From Candidatus Pseudoramibacter fermentans (GTDB lineage Bacteria > Bacillota > Clostridia > Eubacteriales > Eubacteriaceae): a DNA stretch of 24,000 nt. A program made the translations under genes and the position numbers. The DNA is taken from positions 141,455-165,454 of the forward strand of contig VOGB01000004.1 in assembly GCA_009493725.1 (NCBI GenBank). The letters run 5' to 3'. Positions 1-9,480 of the stretch are shown piece after piece. The notes beneath the pieces are model-generated. The model saw nothing but the letters and a program-made list of their open reading frames with translations. It searched no databases and was not told the DNA's origin. Position 1 is the stretch's first letter, and each line of letters opens with the position of its first letter.

Positions 1-174
1 GTGGCGCGGGTAACGCGCAATTTGATGATCATGGACCGCAAGAAAGGTCTTTCGAGCGGCGATAAAAAAATGCTGATGACCGCAAAGAATTTCTTGATTT
101 CTGAATTGATGGTCGTCGAACATACCGAAAAGGAAGCGGCCGGCAACGCCATTGAAGACGCGGTCAAAGCCTGA
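1..174 (+). CDS. CarD/CdnL-family transcriptional regulator, C-terminal fragment (5' end outside window)
   Basis: Frame +1 is open from the window edge to TGA at 172-174. The translation VARVTRNLMIMDRKKGLSSGDKKMLMTAKNFLISELMVVEHTEKEAAGNAIEDAVKA resembles the C-terminal helical part of CarD-family proteins (GLSxGEKKML...A...L.SEL pattern). A carD gene followed by yacL is typical Bacillota synteny. Confidence 0.6.
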   Translation: MARVTRNLMIMDRKKGLSSGDKKMLMTAKNFLISELMVVEHTEKEAAGNAIEDAVKA

Positions 175-183
175 ACGAAACCC

Positions 184-205
184 AAAGCCCAATCGGGCTT
201 TTTTT
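184..205 (+). terminator. Rho-independent terminator after the carD-like gene
   Basis: Hairpin AAAGCCC(184-190)-AATC-GGGCTTT(195-201) followed by a T run. Confidence 0.6.
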
Positions 206-250
206 ATTGACACGAAAAACTAAAAAATAAATTAAAAAGTTAATCATTTC

Positions 251-278
251 GTAACAATTTCGGGTTAAATGGTATAAT
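251..278 (+). promoter_or_regulatory. Putative sigma-A promoter for the yacL-rsmF operon
   Basis: GTAACA (251-256), 16-nt spacer, then extended -10 TGgTATAAT (270-278). A strong RBS AAGGAGGTG lies at 322-330, ahead of the ATG at 337. Confidence 0.35.
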
Positions 279-336
279 AGGAGCGTTATCTAAGGATACA
301 TCCATATTAGAAAGTATTAAAAGGAGGTGAGAAAAG

Positions 337-1449
337 ATGTTAAAAAAGATATTGCGCGGCATTTGCACGGTCATCGGCATCGTGCTCGGCTATCTGCTCG
401 GCCTGCTGGTGTGCCGGAAGGATGCGCTGCCAGAACTGCTCAACCACGTTCAGCTGCTGCGTCAGAACCAATGGATCGTCATTCTAATTTTTGTTATTAT
501 TTTTGGTTTCATATTTTTTATTATTTTTCCATTGGTGGCGCGCATTGGCAAATCCATTTCAGAAGCGGTGGAAAAGGCCACAGCTGAAGTGCGTCTGGCG
601 GATATTGTCCTCGGCATATTCGGTTTGATTATCGGCCTGTTAATCGCCATGCTGATCTGCGTGCCCGTCGGCCGCATCCCGATCAGCTGGCTGTCCAGCA
701 CCATTACCCTGATCGTTTACGTGCTGATGGCTTACCTCGGCGTGACCATTCCGCTCAAAAAGCGGGATCAGATTCTGGACAGTCTTCAAGTGATGCGGGA
801 AAATAGCAGTGTCAAACGGCTGAATCGCAGAAAAGGCGGCAATCCTCTCGAGGAACACACGAAGGTGCTGGATACCTCGGTCATCATTGACGGCCGGATC
901 TACGACATCATCCAGTCTGGTTTTCTGGAAGGCCCGCTTGTGGTGCCGTCCTTTGTGCTGGGCGAGCTTCAGCTGCTTGCGGACAACGGCGACGATTTGA
1001 AGCGGGTGCGCGGGCGCAGAGGGCTTGACATCATCAACAAAATGCAGTCGGAATACGGCAGCCTGATTCAGATTGTCGACAAGGATTATCCCAATTTGAG
1101 CGGCGTCGACGACAAGCTGCTCGAGATGGGAAAAGAAGAAAAAATGAAAATCATCACCAACGACTACAATTTAAATAAGGTCGCGAAGGTGCGGGGCATT
1201 CCGGTTCTGAATATCAACGAGCTGGCCAACGCCGTCAAGCCGGTTGTGCTGCCTGGGGAAACCATGCAGGTGCATCCGGTGAAAAACGGCAAGGAATCCG
1301 GTCAGGCCGTGGCTTATTTAGACGACGGCACGATGATCGTCGTCGAAAACGGCCGGCGCTTCATCGGTCAGCAGATCGTGGTGCGGGTAACCAGCGTGCT
1401 GCAGACCGCCGCGGGGCGGATGATTTTCGGAAAGGCAGAGCATCATTAA
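337..1449 (+). CDS. yacL: PIN/TRAM-domain integral membrane protein (YacL-like)
   Basis: 370 aa. It has four N-terminal hydrophobic helices, then a PIN-like core (VLDTSVIIDGRI...VVPSFVLGELQ) and a C-terminal TRAM-like beta domain (AYLDDGTMIVVENG...IVVRVTSVLQTAAGRMIFGK). This matches the architecture and length of B. subtilis YacL. Strong RBS. Confidence 0.8.
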   Translation: MLKKILRGICTVIGIVLGYLLGLLVCRKDALPELLNHVQLLRQNQWIVILIFVIIFGFIFFIIFPLVARIGKSISEAVEKATAEVRLADIVLGIFGLIIGLLIAMLICVPVGRIPISWLSSTITLIVYVLMAYLGVTIPLKKRDQILDSLQVMRENSSVKRLNRRKGGNPLEEHTKVLDTSVIIDGRIYDIIQSGFLEGPLVVPSFVLGELQLLADNGDDLKRVRGRRGLDIINKMQSEYGSLIQIVDKDYPNLSGVDDKLLEMGKEEKMKIITNDYNLNKVAKVRGIPVLNINELANAVKPVVLPGETMQVHPVKNGKESGQAVAYLDDGTMIVVENGRRFIGQQIVVRVTSVLQTAAGRMIFGKAEHH

Positions 1450-1450
1450 G

Positions 1451-2875
1451 ATGGCGGAGATGAAACGAACCCTCCCTGAGGATTTTGTAGACAGAATGGC
1501 GGCGCTGCTTGGAAAAGAAGAGCTTTCGGCGTTTTTGGAAAGCTACAATCGTGTGCCGAAAAAGGGCCTGCGGGCGAACACCCTCAAGGCTGGTCGGGAT
1601 GAGATGACCGGGCTTATCCCCTTTAAAACGCAGCCAATCCCGTGGTGCGACACCGGTGCCTACATCGACGCGGAGGAACGCCCCGGCAAACAGCTGGCCT
1701 ACAACGCCGGGCTCTATTACGTGCAGGAGCCGTCGGCCATGATCCCGGCCGCGGCCCTCGCGCCGAAGCCGGGCGAGCGGGTGTTAGATATGTGCGCGGC
1801 GCCGGGCGGCAAGACGACTCAGCTCGCCTGTGCCCTTCAAAATCAGGGTCTTTTGGTGGCCAACGAAGTGGTCAAAACTCGGGCGAAGGTGCTCGCGTCT
1901 AATGTGGAACGTATGGGCATCGCCAACGCGGCGATAACCAACGTGAGGCCGGATCAGCTCGTCGACATTTTCGGCCCGCAGAGCTTCGATAAAATTCTCG
2001 TCGACGCGCCGTGCTCGGGCGAGGGCATGTTCCGGAAGGATCCGGCGGTCAGGTCGGCTTGGAGCCTCGACAATGTCGCCCAGTGCGCCAGACGCCAGAA
2101 AAAAATGCTCGAGACGGTCGATCTCCTGCTCAAACCCGGCGGTGAGCTCGTCTATTCGACCTGCACCTTTGCGCCGGAGGAAGACGAGCAGATCGTCGAA
2201 TATTTAGTCGAAAGCGGCAAATACGAGGTGCTGCCGATCGACCTGCCAGGCCTGCCGGATCACGGCCGCCCGGCGTGGACGGTGCACGGCTGTGGGGCGG
2301 TCAGTCAGGCAGTCCGCGTGATGCCCCACCGTGTCGAAGGCGAGGGCCATTTTATCGCGAAGCTTAGAAAAACGGCGGACGCGGCGCCAGCGGCTTCACC
2401 CCAAGGGAAGCGTTCTAAAAAAAAGAAACGCAGTCTCTGGCGGCGGGCATCCAAAAAGGATTTGAAAGATTTCACCGCTTTTTCGGAAACGGTCGGGCTG
2501 CATTTAGACCGATCTGATTTTGTCATTGCGAGCGACACGTTGACCGTGCTGCCTGAAGGGCTGTATCTCGATCAATTGAACCAAGGCAGATGGGTACGCC
2601 CGGGGCTGGAAATCGGCACCTTTAAAAAAGGCCGATTTGAGCCGTCTCATACCCTCGCGATGGCGCTTACGCGCGATCAGATCGCGTCGGTGTACAATTT
2701 TAAGGACGACGATGAAGCCTACGCCTATTTAAAGGGCGAGCCGATTGCGAATACCGGTGCGCTCAAAGGCTGGACATTGATGTGCTGGCGCGGCTATCCG
2801 CTGGGCTGGGGAAAGGCCTCGGGCGGCGCCATCAAAAATCATTTTCCCAAGGGGCTTCGCATTTTAAAGAAATAA
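1451..2875 (+). CDS. rsmF: NOL1/NOP2/Sun-family 16S rRNA m5C methyltransferase (RsmF-like) with C-terminal PUA-like domain
   Basis: 474 aa. SAM-binding motif VLDMCAAPGGKT and catalytic Cys motifs DAPCSGEGMFRKDP and YSTCTF. The N-terminal LPEDF...GLRANTLK region is typical of RsmF. The start is 1 nt after the yacL stop. Confidence 0.8.
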   Translation: MAEMKRTLPEDFVDRMAALLGKEELSAFLESYNRVPKKGLRANTLKAGRDEMTGLIPFKTQPIPWCDTGAYIDAEERPGKQLAYNAGLYYVQEPSAMIPAAALAPKPGERVLDMCAAPGGKTTQLACALQNQGLLVANEVVKTRAKVLASNVERMGIANAAITNVRPDQLVDIFGPQSFDKILVDAPCSGEGMFRKDPAVRSAWSLDNVAQCARRQKKMLETVDLLLKPGGELVYSTCTFAPEEDEQIVEYLVESGKYEVLPIDLPGLPDHGRPAWTVHGCGAVSQAVRVMPHRVEGEGHFIAKLRKTADAAPAASPQGKRSKKKKRSLWRRASKKDLKDFTAFSETVGLHLDRSDFVIASDTLTVLPEGLYLDQLNQGRWVRPGLEIGTFKKGRFEPSHTLAMALTRDQIASVYNFKDDDEAYAYLKGEPIANTGALKGWTLMCWRGYPLGWGKASGGAIKNHFPKGLRILKK

Positions 2876-2907
2876 ACGAAAAGGAAAACTCATTACAAAG
2901 TAAGGCG

Positions 2908-3636
2908 ATTTTTATCATTGTATTAAATCTCTCAGGGATTTATCGACATCAACAATTTTATACGCAAAGGGATCAATGGATTGATTTGGAAAACGTGCCG
3001 GGAACCACCGGGTATTGCGACGACCAGGCTGCCGCTATCATCCGAAAACGGATTAAGGATTGCAGCGCCGAAGCGCTCCATTTCATCGACAACGGCAATT
3101 ACCATTACCTGTCCTATTTTTGGCTTGAAAAACTGAAAGAGCCGGTGGATTTATTGGTTTTCGACCACCACTCCGACATGCTGCGGCCGGTTTTCGGCGA
3201 GCTGATGAGCTGCGGCTCTTGGCTGCTGCGGACGGTTCAGGAGCTGCCGAAGGTGCAGCGGGTGATGATTTTCGGAATCGACCCCGATTATGTGAGTCAC
3301 GTGCCTAAGTCTCTCAGAGACCGGGTGGCCACGGCGGATACGGACGAAGGGTTCCACGCGTTTCTGCGCGAACACCCCGGCGGATCCCTTTATATTTCGC
3401 TGGATAAGGACGTTTTTTCAACTCGGGATGTCCGAACCAATTGGGATCAGGGAACCCTGCGATACGCCCATTTTGAGCGTCTGCTTAAGACTGCGGACAA
3501 CACGCGGAATATTGTAGGGATGGACGTCTGCGGCGAGAGCACGGAATACGGCGAGCAGTGGCACGCCGATGGCTTTAACAAAAAATTGGTAGCGCTGATC
3601 CGCAGCACGCGTTTTTATCAGAAAATCTGCGCATAA
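2908..3636 (+). CDS. Arginase/ureohydrolase-fold protein, divergent; start codon uncertain
   Basis: The frame is open from 2782 to TAA at 3634-3636. Arginase-superfamily metal-ligand motifs appear to be present: GNYHYLS (GGDHS-like), FDHHSDM (DxHxD), ISLDKDV (DxD) and MDVCGE. The only ATG (2782) lies 94 nt inside rsmF in another frame. No ATG occurs after the rsmF stop, and the nearest GTG and TTG lie 117-126 nt downstream, inside the likely conserved N-terminus. The provisional start at ATT 2908 (or ATC 2914, ATT 2917) is a guess, supported only by a weak AAGG at 2902-2905. Confidence 0.5.
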   Translation: MFIIVLNLSGIYRHQQFYTQRDQWIDLENVPGTTGYCDDQAAAIIRKRIKDCSAEALHFIDNGNYHYLSYFWLEKLKEPVDLLVFDHHSDMLRPVFGELMSCGSWLLRTVQELPKVQRVMIFGIDPDYVSHVPKSLRDRVATADTDEGFHAFLREHPGGSLYISLDKDVFSTRDVRTNWDQGTLRYAHFERLLKTADNTRNIVGMDVCGESTEYGEQWHADGFNKKLVALIRSTRFYQKICA

Positions 3637-3637
3637 C

Positions 3638-3680
3638 AAAACGGTATCTTTTAACCGATGGTTAAAGGATACCGTTTTTT
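3638..3680. terminator. Bidirectional Rho-independent terminator between convergent operons
   Basis: An 18-bp stem, AAACGGTATCTTTTAACC / GGTTAAAGGATACCGTTT, with one G-U pair. It is flanked by an A run upstream and T6 downstream. It lies between the + strand stop (3636) and the hisIE stop (3689). Confidence 0.8.
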
Positions 3681-3688
3681 GATGGCGT

Positions 3689-4387
3689 TTATTTGTTTTT
3701 GATTTTGCCCGCAGCGCCGTACTCGTCACGCCGTTTGTGAGTGTGGCGCGCCGTCAGCTTTTCAAAGACGTCGTCGAAGGAGACGCCCTGATAATTGAGC
3801 AGCACCGAGAGGTGATAGATCAGGTCAGAGGTTTCCGAAATCAATTCGTCGGGATCGCCGTTTTTCGCGGCAATGACCGTTTCAGTCGATTCTTCGCCGA
3901 CCTTTTTGCAGATTTTGTCGAGGCCTTCGTTGAACAAATAATTGGTGTACGAGCCTTCGACCGGGTGGGCCTTGCGGTCTTCGATCTGGTCGTTCAAGGT
4001 CTTTAAAATCGAGCTGTTGCCCTTGTCGAGCTCGGCATTTTCGGCAATTTCCCTGTAAAAGCAGGAAGTGTGGCCAGTGTGGCAGGCCGGGCCGTCCGGA
4101 ATCACTTCGAGCAGCAGCGTATCGGCGTCGCAGTCGTAGTAGAAGGTCACCACGTGCTGGAAATGGCCGGAGGTTTCGCCCTTCGTCCAAAGGGCCTGAC
4201 GCGAGCGGCTGTAAAAGGTCGCCTTGCCGGTGTCCAGTGTGATTTGAATCGATTCGGCGTTCATCCAGGCCATCATCAGAACCTGACGGGTGTGATAATC
4301 TTGGAGAATAGCTGGGACGAGCACCTGATCGTTGAATTGAATCGCGGCGTCATCGAGCGACGTCACCATTTGCAGAGTTTGAGACAT
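3689..4387 (-). CDS. hisIE: Bifunctional phosphoribosyl-AMP cyclohydrolase / phosphoribosyl-ATP pyrophosphatase HisIE
   Basis: 232 aa. HisI motifs ([30 protein letters not shown]) are followed by a HisE MazG-like C-terminus (EE..E...A......L..E.SDLIYHL.VLL). Last gene of the his operon. Confidence 0.93.
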   Translation of the reverse strand: MSQTLQMVTSLDDAAIQFNDQVLVPAILQDYHTRQVLMMAWMNAESIQITLDTGKATFYSRSRQALWTKGETSGHFQHVVTFYYDCDADTLLLEVIPDGPACHTGHTSCFYREIAENAELDKGNSSILKTLNDQIEDRKAHPVEGSYTNYLFNEGLDKICKKVGEESTETVIAAKNGDPDELISETSDLIYHLSVLLNYQGVSFDDVFEKLTARHTHKRRDEYGAAGKIKNK

Positions 4388-4410
4388 AATTTCCTTTCGT
4401 TGATGCAGAG

Positions 4411-5169
4411 TCAGACGAGGCGCATCGGGAGCCCTTCGTCAGACAGATATTTTTTCAGATCTGGAATCAGGATTTCCTTGTAGTGGAAAACGGAGGCGGC
4501 GAGCGCGGCGTCTGCGCCAGCCTTCAGCACTTCGGAGAAATCCGCCATTTTGCCGGCGCCGCCAGAAGCGATGACCGGGATTGTCAGGGTTTCAGACAGC
4601 TTTTTGTTGAGCTCGATATCGTAGCCCTGTTTAACGCCGTCGGTGTCGATGGAGTTGATGCAGATTTCGCCGGCACCGAGGGATTCGCCTTTTTTCGCCC
4701 ATTCGATGGCGTCAATACCGGTGTTGTTCCGGCCGCCGTCGGTGAACACATCCCAGGAGCCTTTGTCGTTGCGCTTGGCGTCGATGGAGAGCACGACGCA
4801 TTGGTTGCCGAAGCGCAGCGCTGCGTCCATGATCAGCTGTGGGTTGTTGACCGCGGCGGAGTTCACGGAAACCTTGTCGGCGCCGGCCATCAGAACTTGT
4901 CTGAAATCGTCGGTGGTGCGGATGCCGCCGCCGATGGTGAACGGAATGCGCACCGCTTCAGCGACCTTTTCGACGACGTTGATGAAAATGTCCCGCTTTT
5001 CGTAGCTGGCCGTGATGTCGTAGAAGACCAGCTCATCAGCGCCCTGTTCCGAATAGTACCGGCCCAGCTCCACAGGATCGGCGACATCTTGAATGTTTTT
5101 AAATTTTTTGCCCTTGACGACGCGGCCGTGGTCCACATCGAGACAGGGAATGATTCTTTTTGTCAGCAT
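4411..5169 (-). CDS. hisF: Imidazole glycerol phosphate synthase cyclase subunit HisF
   Basis: 252 aa beginning [12 protein letters not shown], with [16 protein letters not shown] and ASGGAG motifs typical of HisF. RBS AAAGGA lies 9 nt upstream. Confidence 0.95.
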   Translation of the reverse strand: MLTKRIIPCLDVDHGRVVKGKKFKNIQDVADPVELGRYYSEQGADELVFYDITASYEKRDIFINVVEKVAEAVRIPFTIGGGIRTTDDFRQVLMAGADKVSVNSAAVNNPQLIMDAALRFGNQCVVLSIDAKRNDKGSWDVFTDGGRNNTGIDAIEWAKKGESLGAGEICINSIDTDGVKQGYDIELNKKLSETLTIPVIASGGAGKMADFSEVLKAGADAALAASVFHYKEILIPDLKKYLSDEGLPMRLV

Positions 5170-5182
5170 GAGATTGATCCTT

Positions 5183-5902
5183 TCAGGAATTCCGGTGTTC
5201 AGCCAGATATTGTTTCAAATCGATGGCCCCTTCGTAAATCGCCTTTCCGGTAATTGCACCGTAGAGACCCATATCGCGCAGACGGTCCAAATGTGCCGAG
5301 CTGGCGACACCGCCGGAGGCGATGATGTCGATATTGAGGTTTTGATTTAAAACGTCGAGCATATTGAAATTCGGGCCGGACATCATGCCGTCCTTCGAAA
5401 TATCGGTGTAGACCAGTGTCGACAAGCCGATTTTTTCAAGGGAGGTGGCCAGCTCCAAGGCTTCGACGTCGCTGTCTTCGGTCCAGCCTTCGGTGCGGAC
5501 GATGCCGTCTCTGGCGTCGATGGACACGCAGATTTTGTCGTCGTAATCGTAAATCAGGTGTTCAATGAAGTTGAAATCCTTGATGGCCTGAGTGCCGATG
5601 ATGATGCGGGAAATGCCCGCGTCGATGTAGGTCTTGGCGATTTCGGCGTTGCGGATACCGCCGCCGAGTTCGACGGGAATATCGATTGCGGCCAGAATCT
5701 TTTTGATGATGTCGAAATTTTTCGGTTTGCCGTCGAAGGCGCCGTCTAAATCGACGATATGCAGGTATTCGGCGCCCCAGGATTCGAACTGCTTGGCGAC
5801 TTTCACCGGATCTTTGAAATAGACGGTTTCGTCGTCCTTTTCCCCCTGGCGGAGACGCACGCATTGGCCGCCCTTAATGTCGATTGCAGGTAAAATGATC
5901 AT
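5183..5902 (-). CDS. hisA: ProFAR isomerase HisA
   Basis: 239 aa beginning [17 protein letters not shown], with [13 protein letters not shown] and ASGGV motifs. The start overlaps the hisH stop (ATGA). Confidence 0.95.
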   Translation of the reverse strand: MIILPAIDIKGGQCVRLRQGEKDDETVYFKDPVKVAKQFESWGAEYLHIVDLDGAFDGKPKNFDIIKKILAAIDIPVELGGGIRNAEIAKTYIDAGISRIIIGTQAIKDFNFIEHLIYDYDDKICVSIDARDGIVRTEGWTEDSDVEALELATSLEKIGLSTLVYTDISKDGMMSGPNFNMLDVLNQNLNIDIIASGGVASSAHLDRLRDMGLYGAITGKAIYEGAIDLKQYLAEHRNS

Positions 5903-6525
5903 GAAATGAGCTCCTTCCAGTTGATCAGCAGCTGATTGCCGACCGCCGCGCTCTTTTCAGGGTGAAACTGCATGCCGATGACGTTTTCCCTGCGGACAAT
6001 GGCGGGAACCTTCACGCCGTATTTGGCGTACGCGACGACGTCGCGGTCGAAATGGTCCGGTACGGCGTAATAAGAGTGGACAAAGTAGACGTAGTCCTTG
6101 TCGCTCAAGGTTTTGGCGATCGGATCGTCCGGCTGATGGATGTTCAGGTTGTTCCAGCCCATGTGCGGCACCTTCAGGCCGGTCTTCTTCGTGTCTTCAA
6201 AGCGGACGACCTTGCCGGGGACAAAGCCCAGGCCCTTCCACTGTCCGTCTTCTGAACTTTTGTCAAATAAGAGCTGCATGCCTAAACAGATGCCCAGCAG
6301 GTATTTGCCGTCTTTGACGTTTTTGACGAGGACGTCGTACAAATCGAATTTGTCCAGATTGTTCATCGCGTCAGCAAAGGCGCCGACTCCCGGCAGAACG
6401 ATAGCGGAGGCATTGTTGATTGTTCTCGCATCCCGCGTGATGACACAGTCCATGTCGAGGGACTTCAAAGCCGTTTCGACGTTTTTCAGGTTGCCGACGT
6501 CGTAATCGATAATTGCAACTGTCAT
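5899..6525 (-). CDS. hisH: Imidazole glycerol phosphate synthase glutamine amidotransferase subunit HisH
   Basis: 208 aa. Class-I glutamine amidotransferase with LPGVGAF, nucleophile elbow GICLGMQ and QFHPEKS. It overlaps hisB by 4 nt. Confidence 0.95.
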   Translation of the reverse strand: MTVAIIDYDVGNLKNVETALKSLDMDCVITRDARTINNASAIVLPGVGAFADAMNNLDKFDLYDVLVKNVKDGKYLLGICLGMQLLFDKSSEDGQWKGLGFVPGKVVRFEDTKKTGLKVPHMGWNNLNIHQPDDPIAKTLSDKDYVYFVHSYYAVPDHFDRDVVAYAKYGVKVPAIVRRENVIGMQFHPEKSAAVGNQLLINWKELIS

Positions 6526-7109
6526 TCAATCACTCCTTTCGTGCTTGGAATGCCGTGAATATCGGGATCGATGGCGACCGCCGCTTTAAGCGCCCGTCCA
6601 AACCCCTTGAAAATACCTTCCACGATGTGGTGGTTGTTCACGCCGTAAAGGCTTGCCACATGGATGGTCATCCCCGAATGGGACGTGAAGGCGATAAAAA
6701 ATTCCCGGAGCATTTCCGTTTCAAAATCGCCGATGTATTCCCGCGTCAGCTCGACGTTCCAGACCAGGTAGGGACGGCCGCTGATATCGACGTTGATTCG
6801 GCAGAGGGATTCGTCCATCGGCAGAAAAACCGTCGCGTAGCGGGTGATGCCGGCCTTGTCGCCAAGAGCCTTCGCAAAGGCCTGGCCGAGGACAATGCCG
6901 AGGTCTTCGAGCACGTGGTGGGTGTCGACGCCGTCGCCCTTTGCGGCGATCGTCAAATCGAAATGGCCGTGGGCCGCAAAAAGGGTCATCATGTGATCGA
7001 AAAAGGCGACGGAGGTATCGATATTTGAGCGTCCGCTCCCGTCGAGATCGAGGGTGACGTTGACGTCCGTTTCGGCGGTTTTCCGCGCAAGGGTTACTTT
7101 TCGGCTCAC
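6522..7109 (-). CDS. hisB: Imidazoleglycerol-phosphate dehydratase HisB (monofunctional, no phosphatase domain)
   Basis: 195 aa with ARKTAETDV, FDHM and HH..E motifs. At this length there is no N-terminal HAD histidinol-phosphatase domain. It overlaps hisC by 4 nt. Confidence 0.95.
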   Translation of the reverse strand: MSRKVTLARKTAETDVNVTLDLDGSGRSNIDTSVAFFDHMMTLFAAHGHFDLTIAAKGDGVDTHHVLEDLGIVLGQAFAKALGDKAGITRYATVFLPMDESLCRINVDISGRPYLVWNVELTREYIGDFETEMLREFFIAFTSHSGMTIHVASLYGVNNHHIVEGIFKGFGRALKAAVAIDPDIHGIPSTKGVIE

Positions 7110-8173
7110 GATAAACTCCTTTTCAAGACCTTGATGACGGCGTCATTTTCCTCCGGCGAACCGACGGTTAAACGGATGTGGTCGACGTCATCGGATACAT
7201 CGTGTTTTAAATATTTTACCAAAATGCCTTCGTCAAGTAAAGCGTCGTAGAGGGGCGCGCCGTCCGGCACTTCAAAGTAAATGAAGTTGGACGCGGTTGG
7301 ATAAACCCGAGTCACGCCCTTTAAGCCTTTGAGAAATTCGTACAGGCGCTGTCTTTCACTGTTGATGACGTCGACGTTTTTCAAGAGTGTATCCCGATGT
7401 TTTAAAGCGATGACCGCGGCGGCCTGGGTCAGCTTGTTCAGGTTGTACGGCGATTTGACCTTGTACATCATGTCGATCAGAGGCTTGGGACCGACCGCGT
7501 AGCCGCATCGGATGCCGGCGAGGCCAAAGGCCTTGGACAGGGTGCGCAGCACGATGACATTGTTGTATTCGTTGACGATGTCGGTGAGGTCGCCTTCCTT
7601 TTTAAATTCGATGTAGGCTTCGTCGAGGATGACCAGTGCGTTGGTTTCTTCGAGGATGTCGATGACGTCGTGGCGCGGCAGCAGCGAGCCTGTCGGGTTG
7701 TTGGGCGAGCACAGGTAAATCAGCTTCGCGTTTTTGAGCTTAGCCGTATTGATGATGTTTTCGACATCGGGGTAGAGGTCGTCGTTGTCGGGTACCCAGA
7801 TAAAATCGGCGCCGCCGATGACGCTCCAGATCTGATACATTGAAAAGCTCGGCGCGTGGGAAATGACGACGTCGCCGGGATTGATGAAGGTCTGGTTGAG
7901 CATGGACATGATTTCGTCGGAGCCGCAGCCGCAGATAATTTGATCCGCATCGATACCAGTGTAATCCGCGAGCTGTTCGCGGAGCGCCGTCGCGGACGGA
8001 TCCGGGTAGCGGTTCAGCGGCATGCGCATAATTTCGTCGTTCAATTCCTTTTTAAGGGCGTCAGGAAAATCGAACGGGTTTTCGTTGGCGTTGACGATGA
8101 TGTTGTAATTGGGCGGGACGACTTTGTAAGCCTCCAGATCTTTTACACAGAGGCGGGTGAAATCAGGCGTCAT
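7106..8173 (-). CDS. hisC: Histidinol-phosphate aminotransferase HisC
   Basis: Class-II aminotransferase with ANENPF, the NPTG motif and the PLP-lysine context LRTLSKAFGLAG. I chose the ATG at 8173 (MTPDFTRL...) because AAGGAG lies 8 nt upstream (complement of 8182-8187). The longer ORF start at 8209 has no RBS and would overlap hisD by 47 nt. Confidence 0.9.
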   Translation of the reverse strand: MTPDFTRLCVKDLEAYKVVPPNYNIIVNANENPFDFPDALKKELNDEIMRMPLNRYPDPSATALREQLADYTGIDADQIICGCGSDEIMSMLNQTFINPGDVVISHAPSFSMYQIWSVIGGADFIWVPDNDDLYPDVENIINTAKLKNAKLIYLCSPNNPTGSLLPRHDVIDILEETNALVILDEAYIEFKKEGDLTDIVNEYNNVIVLRTLSKAFGLAGIRCGYAVGPKPLIDMMYKVKSPYNLNKLTQAAAVIALKHRDTLLKNVDVINSERQRLYEFLKGLKGVTRVYPTASNFIYFEVPDGAPLYDALLDEGILVKYLKHDVSDDVDHIRLTVGSPEENDAVIKVLKRSLS

Positions 8174-9455
8174 TGGAAAATCTCCTTTCAATGGACTTCG
8201 CGTGGGCATCGAGGCCTTCCGAATAAGCGAAGGCGGTGATGTCGTCGGCAGCTGCCTTCAAATTGTCGCGGTCGTACTGAATGATGCTGGAACGTTTGAT
8301 GAAATCGTAGACCCCAAGAGGCGACGAGAACTTCGCCGTGCCAGAGGTCGGCAGCGTGTGGTTCGGACCGGCGAAATAATCGCCGAGGGGTTCTGGCGAG
8401 TACATGCCGAGGAAAATCGCGCCGGCGTTGCGGACACAGTCCAGATATTTTTCGGCGTTGTCAATGGCGAGTTCGAGGTGTTCCGGCGCGATCTGGTTCG
8501 TCAGCTCGAAGGCGTCGTCTAAAGTTTCGCAGACGAAGACAAAGCCGTGATCGGTGACGGAAGCTTTAGCGATGGCCTTGCGGCGCAGATCTGTGTCGAT
8601 CTGGCGGTCGATTTCGGCGATGACCTGATCGGCCAGGGCGTCATCGGTCGTCACGAGCACCGGCATGGCCATTTCGTCGTGTTCCGCCTGGGACAGCAGG
8701 TCAGCCGCGATGTAGACTGGGTTCGCTGTGGCATCAGCGATGACGCAGACTTCGCTCGGTCCGGCGATCATGTCGATGGCGACCTTGCCGAACACTTCTT
8801 TCTTCGCGGTGGCGACGAAAATATTGCCTGGGCCGACGATTTTATTCACCGGCGCGATGGTTTCAGTCCCGTAGGCCAGGGCCGCGATGGCCTGAGCGCC
8901 GCCGACTTTGTAAATTTCTGTGACGCCGGCGATTTTTGCAGCGCAGAGAATGTTTTGATTGATATTGCCCGAGGCGTCAGGCGGGGTGACCATCGCGATG
9001 GTGCCGACGCCCGCGACGACGGCCGGGATCGTATCCATCAGCACGGTAGACGGGTAGGCTGCCTTGCCGCCGGGGACGTAGACGCCGACCCGGTCGATCG
9101 GGGTGATGTGCTGGCCCAAGGTGATGCCGGCCTTCGGATGGATCGTCCAAGTCGTTTCCTTCTGGTGTTCGTGGAAGGCTCGGATGTTTTCGGCCGAGCG
9201 CTTAATCGTTTCGATCAGCGCTGGATCGGTTTCGGCAAAGGCGCGGTCGATTTCTTCCGGGGTCACCTTCAGACTGTCGAGCTGGCAGTGGTCAAATTTT
9301 GCTTCGTAATCTTTCAGCGCGCTGTCGCCTTCGGATTTGACGCGGTCGATAATGTCGAGGACCGTCGCGCGGACATCCTGGTGGTCGGATTCGCTGCGTT
9401 TGAGGATAATGTCAAGCTGCTGTTTGACATCAGCGCTGTACGTGTATTTTTTCAT
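8163..9455 (-). CDS. hisD: Histidinol dehydrogenase HisD
   Basis: The ORF carries IAGPSEV, LSQAEHD and HTLPT motifs. I chose the ATG at 9455 (MKKYTYSAD...), which has GGAGG 5 nt upstream. The longer ORF start at 9512 would run into hisG. Confidence 0.93.
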   Translation of the reverse strand: MKKYTYSADVKQQLDIILKRSESDHQDVRATVLDIIDRVKSEGDSALKDYEAKFDHCQLDSLKVTPEEIDRAFAETDPALIETIKRSAENIRAFHEHQKETTWTIHPKAGITLGQHITPIDRVGVYVPGGKAAYPSTVLMDTIPAVVAGVGTIAMVTPPDASGNINQNILCAAKIAGVTEIYKVGGAQAIAALAYGTETIAPVNKIVGPGNIFVATAKKEVFGKVAIDMIAGPSEVCVIADATANPVYIAADLLSQAEHDEMAMPVLVTTDDALADQVIAEIDRQIDTDLRRKAIAKASVTDHGFVFVCETLDDAFELTNQIAPEHLELAIDNAEKYLDCVRNAGAIFLGMYSPEPLGDYFAGPNHTLPTSGTAKFSSPLGVYDFIKRSSIIQYDRDNLKAAADDITAFAYSEGLDAHAKSIERRFSNDA

Positions 9456-9480
9456 ATTGCCTCCAATTGCGTGTAATCTG

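Noticed and set aside
207-212. Consensus TTGACA immediately after the carD terminator, as a -35 element.
   Set aside because: No acceptable -10 hexamer lies 16-18 nt downstream (AATTAA, AAATTA). The extended -10 promoter at 251-278 is the better candidate.
2782-2907. ATG at 2782 as the start of the arginase-fold gene.
   Set aside because: It would overlap the last 94 nt of rsmF in a different frame. It would also add an N-terminus (MLARLSAGLGKGLGRRHQKSF...) that looks like out-of-frame translation rather than real protein. It is kept only as a fallback.
4483-5253. Long antisense or alternative-frame ORFs in the six-frame track. Examples: 4483-5253, 6513-7028, 8547-9476, 9337-9843, 10912-11313, 13119-13574, 17988-18581, 21701-22120 and 22183-22761.
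   Set aside because: Each lies entirely inside a well-supported gene on the other strand or in another frame. They have no RBS, and their translations are low-complexity (R, G, A, V and D rich), as expected for shadow ORFs of genes with G/C-rich third codon positions. None resembles a protein family I recognise.
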